Both the position numbers and the translations under genes were made by a program. The notes beneath the pieces are model-generated. The model made no database searches. It was not told the origin of the DNA and saw only the letters and a program-made list of their open reading frames with translations. A stretch of 64,000 bases of DNA, taken from NCBI GenBank assembly GCA_963809895.1, contig CAWELD010000003.1:2592001-2656000 (forward strand), written 5' to 3'. Of this stretch, positions 32,919-41,225 are shown piece after piece (the stretch's first letter is position 1; every line of letters begins with the position of its first letter). The DNA is from an uncultured Gemmatimonadales bacterium. GTDB lineage: Bacteria; Gemmatimonadota; Gemmatimonadetes; Longimicrobiales; Gaopeijiaceae.

Positions 32919-34145
32919 TCAGCCCTCGTAGGCGGCCAACAGCTCCAGCACGTGATCGATGTCGTCTTCGGTGTGGTCGGCGTTGACCTGAGCCCGGATC
33001 TCCTCGTCGCCCCGTGGTACCACCGGGAAGGCCAGGCCCGTGACCAGCACGCCGTTCTCGAACAGATACCGCACCATGTCGCGGGTGCGGCGGGTGTCGC
33101 GGATCATGAGGGGCACCACCGGGTGCTCGCCGGGGATGGTCTCGATCCCCACGCGTCCCAGTCCCTCTTCGAACCGCTTGGTCAGCCCCCGCAGGCGCTC
33201 CAGCAGCGCCACGCCCTCGGGGGAATCCACGATCTCCACGCTCCGCATCGCCGCCCGGGCCTCGCCGGGCGTGATGGGGTTGGAGTAGATGTACATGGGC
33301 GACGATTCCCGGAGGAAGCGCACCACCGAGGGGTTGGAGGCCACGTAGCCGCCGTTCACGCCGAAGGCCTTGCCCAGCGTGCCCACCAGCAGGTCGACGC
33401 CCTCGGCCCCGGTGTATTCTTCGGTGCCCCGCCCGGTGCGGCCGAACGCCCCCACCCCGTGGGAGTCGTCCACCACCAGCACCACGCCCTCGGCGTACTG
33501 GGCGTCGTAGCGGCGGCACAGCGCGGCGATCTCGTCCAGCGGCGCGTGGTCGCCCCGCATGGAGAAGATGCCGTCGGTGACCACCACCGCACGCTCGGCC
33601 TCGCCGGCGTGGCGGTCCAGCGCCCGTTCCAGCGCGTCCATGTCCAGGTGGGGATAGACCTCCTTGTCCATGGGGCGCGCCAGGCGCATGGCGTTGATGA
33701 TGCAGTTGTGGTTCAGCTCGTCGCTGATGAGCACCGTGCCCGACGTCACCAGCGGCACGATGGTGGAGACCACCGTGGCGTAGGCGGACGAGAAGACCAT
33801 GGCCGCCTCGCGCCCGTGAAAGTCGGCCAGGCGGGCTTCCAGCTCGGTGTGCACGTCGTAGGTGCCGCTGATGAAGCGCACCGCGCCGGGACCGGCCCCG
33901 TAGGCCCGGGTGCCCTCTTCTTCGGCCTCCATGACCTCGGGCCGAAGCCCCATCCCCAGATACGAGTTGGAGTTCATGCGGATGAACTCGCGATCTCCCT
34001 GCCCTTCGAGCAGGAAGCGCGGGCCGCGGCTTCCGTGGGCCGGGACAACGCGGGTGACGACGGCTTCCACGCCCTTGGCGGTCCCGGCCTCTTCCAGACC
34101 GGCGACGTGGGCATCGAGCACCGGGCTCAAGCGATTCAGCGGCAT
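32919..34145 (-). CDS. kbl: Glycine C-acetyltransferase (2-amino-3-ketobutyrate CoA ligase)
   Basis: NSYLG, VRFISGT, SDELNH, DDSHG, GTLGKA; downstream of tdh. Confidence 0.9.
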   Translation of the reverse strand: MPLNRLSPVLDAHVAGLEEAGTAKGVEAVVTRVVPAHGSRGPRFLLEGQGDREFIRMNSNSYLGMGLRPEVMEAEEEGTRAYGAGPGAVRFISGTYDVHTELEARLADFHGREAAMVFSSAYATVVSTIVPLVTSGTVLISDELNHNCIINAMRLARPMDKEVYPHLDMDALERALDRHAGEAERAVVVTDGIFSMRGDHAPLDEIAALCRRYDAQYAEGVVLVVDDSHGVGAFGRTGRGTEEYTGAEGVDLLVGTLGKAFGVNGGYVASNPSVVRFLRESSPMYIYSNPITPGEARAAMRSVEIVDSPEGVALLERLRGLTKRFEEGLGRVGIETIPGEHPVVPLMIRDTRRTRDMVRYLFENGVLVTGLAFPVVPRGDEEIRAQVNADHTEDDIDHVLELLAAYEG

Positions 34146-34203
34146 GACTTCACGCTCCTTCAGATGATCGTGTTCGGGTCGGGGACGGATGCGCTCGGGG
34201 TGC

Positions 34204-35160
34204 TCAATCGGCGGCCTCGAGCTTCACGCGCAGGTTGGTGAGCATGTCCTCGGTCATTCGCTCCACGTCGTACTCCGGCGCCCAGCCCCATTCCTCGCGG
34301 GCGCAGCTGTCGTCGATGCGCCGGGGCCAGGACGCGGCGATGGCCTGGCGCACGGGATCCACGTCGTACTCGATCTCGAAGCCCGGCACGTGGCGGACGA
34401 TGACCTCGGCGAGGCCCGCGGGCGCGAGCTGCATGGCCGTGATGTTGAAGGCGTTGCGGTGCACCAGGCGCTCGGGATCCGCCTCCATGACCTCCATGGC
34501 GGCCCGCAGCGCGTCGGGCATGTACATCATGTCGAGCTGGGCATCGGCGGCCAGGAAGCAGGTGTAGCGCCCCTCGCGCACGGCGTGGTAGTAGATGTCC
34601 ACCGCCCAGTCGGTGGTGCCACCACCGGGAGGGGCACCGTGGCTGATGATGCCCGGGTAGCGCACCCCGCGCACGTCGACCCCGTAGCGGGTGTGGTAGT
34701 AGTCGCACAGCAGCTCCCCGGCCACCTTCGTCACGCCGTACATGCTGGTGGGGCGCTGGATGGTGTCCTGGGGCGTGGGATCCGGCGGGGTGCTCGGCCC
34801 GAAGGCGGCGATGGAGCTCGGCACGAACACACTGCAGCCCTGATCCCGGGCCACCTCGAGCACCGCGTGCAACCCGCCCATGTTCACCTGGTAGGCCAGG
34901 CGCGGATCCCTCTCGCCCACCGCCGACAGGATGGCGGCCAGGTGGTAGATGGTGTCGGCGTGGAAGCGAACGGCCGCGGCGCCCACGCCCTGGGGATCGG
35001 TGGCATCGAGGAGCTGGAACGGACCGGCCTCCAGGAGCTCGGGGCCGGGGTTTCGGATATCGGTGGCCAGGACCTTGTCGGTGCCGTAGCGCGCCCGGAG
35101 CGCCGGGACGAGCTCGGAGCCGATCTGACCGCCGGCTCCCGTCACCAGGATTCGTCTCAC
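34204..35160 (-). CDS. tdh: L-threonine 3-dehydrogenase (SDR/epimerase type)
   Basis: GAGGQIG, LSAVGE, PSSIAAFG, YGVTK, GGGTTD, MMYMPD, SWP. Confidence 0.92.
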   Translation of the reverse strand: MRRILVTGAGGQIGSELVPALRARYGTDKVLATDIRNPGPELLEAGPFQLLDATDPQGVGAAAVRFHADTIYHLAAILSAVGERDPRLAYQVNMGGLHAVLEVARDQGCSVFVPSSIAAFGPSTPPDPTPQDTIQRPTSMYGVTKVAGELLCDYYHTRYGVDVRGVRYPGIISHGAPPGGGTTDWAVDIYYHAVREGRYTCFLAADAQLDMMYMPDALRAAMEVMEADPERLVHRNAFNITAMQLAPAGLAEVIVRHVPGFEIEYDVDPVRQAIAASWPRRIDDSCAREEWGWAPEYDVERMTEDMLTNLRVKLEAAD

Positions 35161-35316
35161 CTGAGGTCGCCTCCGTGCGCAGGCCTGCGGCGCGCGGCGG
35201 CGGGGCCGCCCCGCTCCAGTCGTCGGCCTGCGAGGACGTGATGGGGGGTCGCGGATATCGCCGCACCGCATCGCACCAGGCGAGCGGGCGGCGAGCCTGC
35301 GGAATATAGAAGAGTC

Positions 35317-35344
35317 GCGCCGCCGAGGCACGGTGCGGCGGGGC
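35317..35344 (+). repeat. 28-bp direct repeat, left copy
   Basis: GCGCCGCCGAGGCACGGTGCGGCGGGGC identical at 44304-44331. Confidence 0.95.
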
Positions 35345-35435
35345 TCGTACACCTGGGATTGCGGCTTGACAGATCATCCGCAATCGCACAATCGTGGCTT
35401 TTCAGCCTCTCGCCTGTGGACGCCGCGACTGACCC

Positions 35436-37298
35436 GTGAGTGCCCATCGTTCTCCCAAGGCCAAGGACCTCACCAGGCTCGCCGTCGCCTTGCTGGCGCT
35501 CCTGCCGGCCGCTGGCGCCCCTCTATCCGCCCAGCGCATTCACGGGGTGGTGCTGGACTCCATCACGGGTGCACCCGTCCAGCAGGCGGCGGTAGCGTAC
35601 GAGGGCGCAGTCGGCATGGTGAGCGTCACCACCGATGCAGAGGGCCGTTTCGAGCTGACGCTGGATGGTGAGCCGCCCTGGACGCTCGAGGTCCAGGGGC
35701 TGGGCTATCAGTCGCGCACGGTGTCCGTGGGGCCGGAGACCGTCTCGCGAGAAGTCCCCATCCTCCTGAGCGGCGCACCGCTGGAGCTCGAGGGTGTGGA
35801 GGCCGGAGCGGCGCGGGAAGAGCCGAATTTCAAGTTCCGCGGACTATGGGTGACGAACCGCGGGTTGGTATGGGCGGGCCACGGTCGGGAGCGCTGCGCA
35901 TTCGTGATGATCGACAGCGTCGTGGTCAAGGATTACCATCTTCTCGACCGCGATTTGATTCGCAGTTATGAACGCGCGAACCTCTGGGCCGGGCCACCGT
36001 CAGCATACGGCGCAGTCCAGGTGCTCGACGACCGGAAGTACATCGCGGATCCGCGCCTGCGCCACGATGCCTGGCCTTGTGGCGTGGTCAAGGTGCTGAG
36101 ACACCGATTCTGGGACCGGCTCCGCGCTCTGCCCGACCCCGCCATCCCCGAGGGGCAGCCGGTCGCTCTCGTGGAGGAGTCGACCGTCTCGCTGCCTCCA
36201 CTGCCGTGGTGTCCAGAAGCGGTAGCGGTGTCCAGCCAGGGCGAGGTGGCAGCGGTGTCGGGCGACGAGTCCCAGGTCGAGGTGCTGGGCCCGGACGGGC
36301 ACCCGCGCCGTTCCGTTGCTTCGAGTCGACGGCCCGACGCCGCAGCCTGTAGTCTCCGCGTAGGGTGGCGGAGCGACACGCTCTGGGTGTCCGACGCGTC
36401 GCGGACGCGACTGAGCCTCGTGCCGCCGACCGGCCCGCCGGTAGTGCGGGAGGCCATGGGCGCGCCGGCGGACCCGCCGTGGGTCGTGCCCGATCGGCCG
36501 CTGCCGTCCTCGCCCCTGGCCATGGACCTTCCGGTGCCGGTTCCCCTGGCGGGTGGGCGGTGGCTGTGGACGTATCCGGCGCCGGATCCGCCGACGCCGC
36601 CGATTCCGCCGGAGGACCCCCCGGGGCGGATCCTCATGGTGCTGAACGACGAGTGGGCGTTGGACCACGTGCTGGAGGTCCTGCGTCCGGGCGCGGCACC
36701 GGTGGACGTGGTGCTGGGTCCGCAGCCGGTGCTCGGGACGCAGCCCTTCGGCGACGAACCGCTGTACCAGGTGTCGCCGGACGGGACGCACGTGACCATC
36801 GTGCAGCGTGAGCACCAGATGGCGGCCTGGATGACGGTCTACCGGGTGACCCGGATCGGCCTCGACGGAGACACGCTGTTCCACACGGAGCGGCGAGCGA
36901 TGATGGTGCGGATGACGGACGAGGCCTTCGACAGCACGGTGGCGGAGCTGGCGCGACGTCCGGGAGCGGTCGCCGCCTTTCCGGGCCCGGCAGAGGGTCG
37001 GGAGACGCTCCTGCAAGAGATGGTATACCGGCCGCCGTTCCACCCGGCGATCACGGCGCTCATGGTGGGCTACGACGGCACGACCTGGCTGCGGTGGCCG
37101 GACGCACGCACGGGACGTGTGCGCTGGGAGGTGCTGGACGAGCACGGTGAGGCCCTGCGCACGTTCGAGGCCGACCGGCGGCTGAAGCTGATCGCGGCCG
37201 ACGGGGACCAGGTCTGGGGCCGGCTGCCGGACGAGGACCGCGACGGCGGGGGCGTGCGATTGGTGCGCTTCCGCGTCGAGCCGGCTGAGGGGGGCTGA
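35436..37298 (+). CDS. Secreted carboxypeptidase-regulatory domain + plug-like + beta-propeller protein, copy 1
   Basis: Signal peptide; GVVLDSITGAPV..TDAEGRF..LGY; GWRSDTLWVSD; DGTTWL; near-identical to 41226-43073. Confidence 0.8.
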   Translation: MSAHRSPKAKDLTRLAVALLALLPAAGAPLSAQRIHGVVLDSITGAPVQQAAVAYEGAVGMVSVTTDAEGRFELTLDGEPPWTLEVQGLGYQSRTVSVGPETVSREVPILLSGAPLELEGVEAGAAREEPNFKFRGLWVTNRGLVWAGHGRERCAFVMIDSVVVKDYHLLDRDLIRSYERANLWAGPPSAYGAVQVLDDRKYIADPRLRHDAWPCGVVKVLRHRFWDRLRALPDPAIPEGQPVALVEESTVSLPPLPWCPEAVAVSSQGEVAAVSGDESQVEVLGPDGHPRRSVASSRRPDAAACSLRVGWRSDTLWVSDASRTRLSLVPPTGPPVVREAMGAPADPPWVVPDRPLPSSPLAMDLPVPVPLAGGRWLWTYPAPDPPTPPIPPEDPPGRILMVLNDEWALDHVLEVLRPGAAPVDVVLGPQPVLGTQPFGDEPLYQVSPDGTHVTIVQREHQMAAWMTVYRVTRIGLDGDTLFHTERRAMMVRMTDEAFDSTVAELARRPGAVAAFPGPAEGRETLLQEMVYRPPFHPAITALMVGYDGTTWLRWPDARTGRVRWEVLDEHGEALRTFEADRRLKLIAADGDQVWGRLPDEDRDGGGVRLVRFRVEPAEGG

Positions 37299-37341
37299 GG
37301 AGTCTGCGGTGGCGGTCGCATCGGAGGAGCGCCGCCAACGT

Positions 37342-37476
37342 TCCACTCATGCGCGAGCTGACAAGGAGTGGACGAGTTGGCACCGTCAGGGTGCCAACTC
37401 AGGACAAGTGTAAGTGGTGCCCAGCACGTATGGGCGACTTCGGCACCTTCTGGGTGCCGAATTGACCAAACGTCAA
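37342..37476. promoter_or_regulatory. Cluster of inverted repeats including two GGCACC-N5-GGTGCC palindromes
   Basis: Perfect 11-bp stem 37374-37400 and 9-bp stem 37439-37461, plus shorter stems. Confidence 0.6.
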
Positions 37477-37822
37477 GAAATCGCCGCCGATTGGCATATT
37501 CGGGTACACTGCGCGCGCCGCGCTCCGATTCCCGGCTTTCTGGCACACGCCACTCTTGACAGGAGGTCCGCAGTGGCGTATTCGTAGCTTTCCAGTCCCC
37601 GCTGAGTACGCTCCTTAGGAGTGGGGAGGGCTGTGTGCACTGGGCGTATCTGGCAGACCGTTGTGCGGGGGTGCCCTCAAGGTCCGCTCGATCGATCGGA
37701 CGGTGTAACCGGCAAGCCATATCGGCCACCACCCTGTGGGACGGACCTACCGGGCGCGGATGTTCTTGCGGGGTCGTGGATGGCTCTGGCGGCCACAACG
37801 GCAAGCGCGGGGGGGGGGCGCC

Positions 37823-38353
37823 ATGAAGGCCCACCCCACATTCTCCGACGTGGCCCTGGCGTGGCGCAAACAGCACTGTCGGCTCACCGCGATCGCCCGA
37901 AGCATGCTCGGAGACGCCGACGATGCGTCCGACGCGGTGTCTGATGTCTTCGCGCGCGTTCTGGACCGGTGTCCCGACCTTGGACGGTCTACCGATCTCG
38001 AGTCCTACCTGGAACGCGCGGTTCGAAACCGATGCCGCGATGAGGTTCGCAATCGGCGAAACCGGCTGCGACTCCAGCGCGACGTCGCCAGCCACCGCAT
38101 GACCTGGCGCTCTCGAGGTCCAACGCCGGCGGAGCGCCTCTCCGCTGCGGAGTTGGCCGCCAGGATTGACGCGGCCCTCGACGGCCTGCCACCGCGACCG
38201 CGGGAAGCATACCTCCTGAGCAGGCATCAGGGCCTCTCAACAGAGAAGGGAGCGACGGCGATGGGCGTCGCGTCAAAGACCTTCGAGAATCACTTGGGCA
38301 GAGCACTACGCGAGATGAGGGTCGCGTTGCGTCAGTACGACGAGGTGAGTTGA
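37823..38353 (+). CDS. ECF sigma-70 factor, preceded by G10 tract
   Basis: DAVSDVF, SYLERAVRNRCRD, LPPRPREAYLLSRHQGLS..MGVASKTFENHLGRAL. Confidence 0.85.
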   Translation: MKAHPTFSDVALAWRKQHCRLTAIARSMLGDADDASDAVSDVFARVLDRCPDLGRSTDLESYLERAVRNRCRDEVRNRRNRLRLQRDVASHRMTWRSRGPTPAERLSAAELAARIDAALDGLPPRPREAYLLSRHQGLSTEKGATAMGVASKTFENHLGRALREMRVALRQYDEVS

Positions 38354-38520
38354 GAGGGCGCTTGGGGGTTCGTGGGGCCTCGGGCGTCTTGATCTAATGA
38401 AGGGGTTGGCCACGCACCCGCCGAGGATCGGCTCAGGTTCGAGCATGTGTGGCGAGCGGTACCACAACGACCAACCGCGGTGGGTCCCCTTCAGAAGGCC
38501 CTCCTCGTCTCGGGTACCTG

Positions 38521-39531
38521 ATGGCAATGTTGACGAAGCCCCATGCTTCCCGTCGGTCTTGGCTGAAGAGCGGTCCTTCCATCTGGGTCGCTGTCGCATT
38601 GACGCTGCCATTTGGCAGCGCTTCCGCCCAGGCACCTGACCGACGACTCGAACTCGAGGAAGTCGGACGGGCATCGCTCCCGCCAGGCTTCACCGTCCTG
38701 AGCGGCCTTCTTATCGGGGCGGGCCACGCCATCGTTTGGGGCCCCTCTGGATTGCTCGACGTCACTGAGGGCAGGCAGCGCCGCGTCTTCGTGCTTGGCG
38801 AGCGCGTTCCGGTGCGGGGAGCGAGGGTGGGCCGAGAATCCGCAAGCTATGAGGTGATCGACTCAGCCGGCGACATCGTGGATGTCGCCGGCAGCGGCGA
38901 CACACGCATTACCGTGAGACTCCCGCTCGAAGGCGAGGTCGTACAGGCTGTCCCGCTGGGCGACGGCTGGCTGATCCACGAGAAGGTCGGGCACGACGTG
39001 ATGCCACGCCTCGTGGTGTGGCAACCGGGCACGGGTCTAAGGGCGCTGGCACCGCCGCATGGTGGGTGGAACCGGCAGCTCCGACTCGTACCCGGTGAGG
39101 GCTCAGCCTTCGTTCAGGACATGGACGACCCCTATGCAGTCTGGCGAGTCGAGCTGCGCGACCAGATTCCGGAGGTAGGTCTGGCCATGAATGGCGAGAC
39201 GATTCGCAGCATCCTCGCCTCAGAAGGTCTTGAGCCGGAGAACACCGTCGCGCTGCCTCTCGTGCCACTCGACGATGGATACCTCTACCAGTTGAGCCAC
39301 CTCGGCAGCGACGGACGAATGATGATCACACTAGACGAGACCTACGAGGTGCTTCGGAGCGCGATGGTGCCCGTGTCGATCGGGTTCATGGCAGCGGTGC
39401 CAGAACAAAACGCGCTCCTGGGCCTCGTCGACACAGGAACGCCAAAGGTGGTGTTCTATCGCTGGCGTTGGAGCGGAGGATCGGGGCAATCATCAACCTC
39501 AACGGAGGATCTACCAGGAGACTCATGCTGA
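38521..39531 (+). CDS. Secreted beta-rich, probably propeller-like hypothetical protein
   Basis: Signal-like VAVALTLPFGSASA-Q; beta-strand pattern; C-terminal VVFYRW; start uncertain (38449-38530). Confidence 0.65.
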   Translation: MAMLTKPHASRRSWLKSGPSIWVAVALTLPFGSASAQAPDRRLELEEVGRASLPPGFTVLSGLLIGAGHAIVWGPSGLLDVTEGRQRRVFVLGERVPVRGARVGRESASYEVIDSAGDIVDVAGSGDTRITVRLPLEGEVVQAVPLGDGWLIHEKVGHDVMPRLVVWQPGTGLRALAPPHGGWNRQLRLVPGEGSAFVQDMDDPYAVWRVELRDQIPEVGLAMNGETIRSILASEGLEPENTVALPLVPLDDGYLYQLSHLGSDGRMMITLDETYEVLRSAMVPVSIGFMAAVPEQNALLGLVDTGTPKVVFYRWRWSGGSGQSSTSTEDLPGDSC

Positions 39532-39968
39532 TGCTCGCCATCACACTCATGCTGGGGGCGCTGGCGGTGTCCCCTCGACCCGCGTCGGCTCAGAGCTGCT
39601 TCGGCTGCGACGACGAAAACTGGACCGAGGTCTCCTGTGTGGCACAGGGTTGGGAGGGCTTCGGGTACACCGAGTGCGAGGTTCATTATGACCCGCCCAA
39701 TTGCGCGTTCGGCACTCAAGTCTGCTGGGGCCCGGATCCCGAGGACCAACAGCTCGCGGCGCTCACCATCCGTGCCGACGGAACGTTCGTTCTGCCTGCG
39801 GAGGAGGCACCATCCCCATCGCTCGCGGATCTTGCGATGGAGCCATACGGGTTCTCGGAGACAGCCCACATCAACGAACGTACCTGCAAAGGACTCATCA
39901 CCGGCCGCGTGTATGGTGAGCTTGTGCGCCGGCAACTCAAGCAGCGCACTCAGACGCTGATCATCTGA
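39525..39968 (+). CDS. Small secreted Cys-rich protein A (147 aa)
   Basis: AGGAG RBS; signal peptide ASA-Q; six Cys in about 45 aa then TCKGLI tail. Confidence 0.8.
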   Translation: MLMLAITLMLGALAVSPRPASAQSCFGCDDENWTEVSCVAQGWEGFGYTECEVHYDPPNCAFGTQVCWGPDPEDQQLAALTIRADGTFVLPAEEAPSPSLADLAMEPYGFSETAHINERTCKGLITGRVYGELVRRQLKQRTQTLII

Positions 39969-40064
39969 CGCCTGGCCGCCCGTCGCCCCGATCCTCGGCT
40001 CCGCGTCAGTCTTGGTCGAACCCCTCTGTCGAAGGCCGATGCCTGCTGACCCAAAGCGAGCCCG

Positions 40065-41222
40065 ATGAAATTGAACACTTTGACATCCGTTCGGTGTTGC
40101 CTCGTAATCATGGTTGGAGTCGGGGCACCCCAGTTGCTCCCGGCCCAGGTCTCCGACGCACATCTTCAACGCATTGTGGTCATTGATTCGCAATTCTCTG
40201 AGATCCCTTCGACTCTCGCGGCCGCTCCGGACGGCCGGGTCGCCGTAGCTGTGCCTTGGGAGCAAACTGTTGACGTCTTCTCGCCTGAGGGCGAGCTAGT
40301 CTTACGAGTGGGAGGAGGCGCCGGGAGCCCCGGTGAGTTCCAGAGGGTCTCCATGGTGGGATGGCTCGGCGACACGCTCTGGGTGGCAGACCGGGGCCTA
40401 TACCAGGTGACGTTCTTCCCTCCGCTGGGTGAAGCACACCGTGTGCATCGCGACCTTGCCGGTATCCTGCCGAAGATCCACATGAGGATTCCGATACCGA
40501 CTGCGGCTGGCGGCTGGATCTCGGTCCGGCGGTCGGCGGAGTCTCCCGGCAGCGACCGGTTCGTCGAGGAATGGGTGAGCGTCGATAGCGCGTGGGGAGC
40601 GGTCACGCCGATCATGATCCTCGCTCCGAGCCCAGCCCGCGTGGAGATCCGGCTGACGGACTCCACCGGTGTCAGCGCGTCAGGACAACCCTTTAGCTCG
40701 CAGACGCTCTTCGCTTTCGCACCCGACGGCCGTTCGGTCACGCTTCTCGACCGCGGGGGCGACACACCTGGCGAGGCACCGTCGTCGTATTCCCTGACCC
40801 GCACGAACCTCCGGGGCGACACCGTGTTCCGTACCGTGCGGCGCATTGAGCCGATGGAGGTCAGGAAGCCGACGGTGGACGCCGTAGTCGAGTACTACGT
40901 ATCCATGCCGAGCATCCAACGGAGCGGGCTGAACGCCCTGGCGATGCGGGACAAAGTGCACGAGGCGTTGTACCTTCCCGCCTATCACCCGCCGGCAACG
41001 GACGTGGTCCAGGGCGCCGATGGCTCCACCTGGGTGCGGCGCGAGGATAGGTGGGAGGCGACCGTGTTGTGGGATGTCTTTGATCGCGAGGGCCACCTCA
41101 GCGCGACACTGGAGTTGGACCGGCGCGTCCAGCACCTCGCTCCGTACTCCGGTGGCGTGTGGGCCGTGGTGCGGACGGACGAGGGTGTACGGGTGGTCCG
41201 GTATGCGGTGCGCCGCAACTGA
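40065..41222 (+). CDS. Secreted 6-bladed beta-propeller (NHL-like) protein
   Basis: GGGAGSPGEFQ, GDTLWVAD, DGSTWVRR, WDVFD.EG. Confidence 0.8.
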   Translation: MKLNTLTSVRCCLVIMVGVGAPQLLPAQVSDAHLQRIVVIDSQFSEIPSTLAAAPDGRVAVAVPWEQTVDVFSPEGELVLRVGGGAGSPGEFQRVSMVGWLGDTLWVADRGLYQVTFFPPLGEAHRVHRDLAGILPKIHMRIPIPTAAGGWISVRRSAESPGSDRFVEEWVSVDSAWGAVTPIMILAPSPARVEIRLTDSTGVSASGQPFSSQTLFAFAPDGRSVTLLDRGGDTPGEAPSSYSLTRTNLRGDTVFRTVRRIEPMEVRKPTVDAVVEYYVSMPSIQRSGLNALAMRDKVHEALYLPAYHPPATDVVQGADGSTWVRREDRWEATVLWDVFDREGHLSATLELDRRVQHLAPYSGGVWAVVRTDEGVRVVRYAVRRN

Positions 41223-41225
41223 GCC

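Noticed and set aside
35160..35316. Glycine riboswitch before tdh
   Set aside because: No conserved aptamer motifs found
37342..37476. CRISPR array or integron attC sites
   Set aside because: Only two related palindromes, no constant repeat-spacer period, no cas or intI gene, and no RYYYAAC/GTTRRRY ends recognised
39525..39968. RiPP precursor (lanthipeptide, ranthipeptide)
   Set aside because: Sec-type signal, no double-glycine leader, no radical SAM, Lan enzyme or C39 transporter nearby
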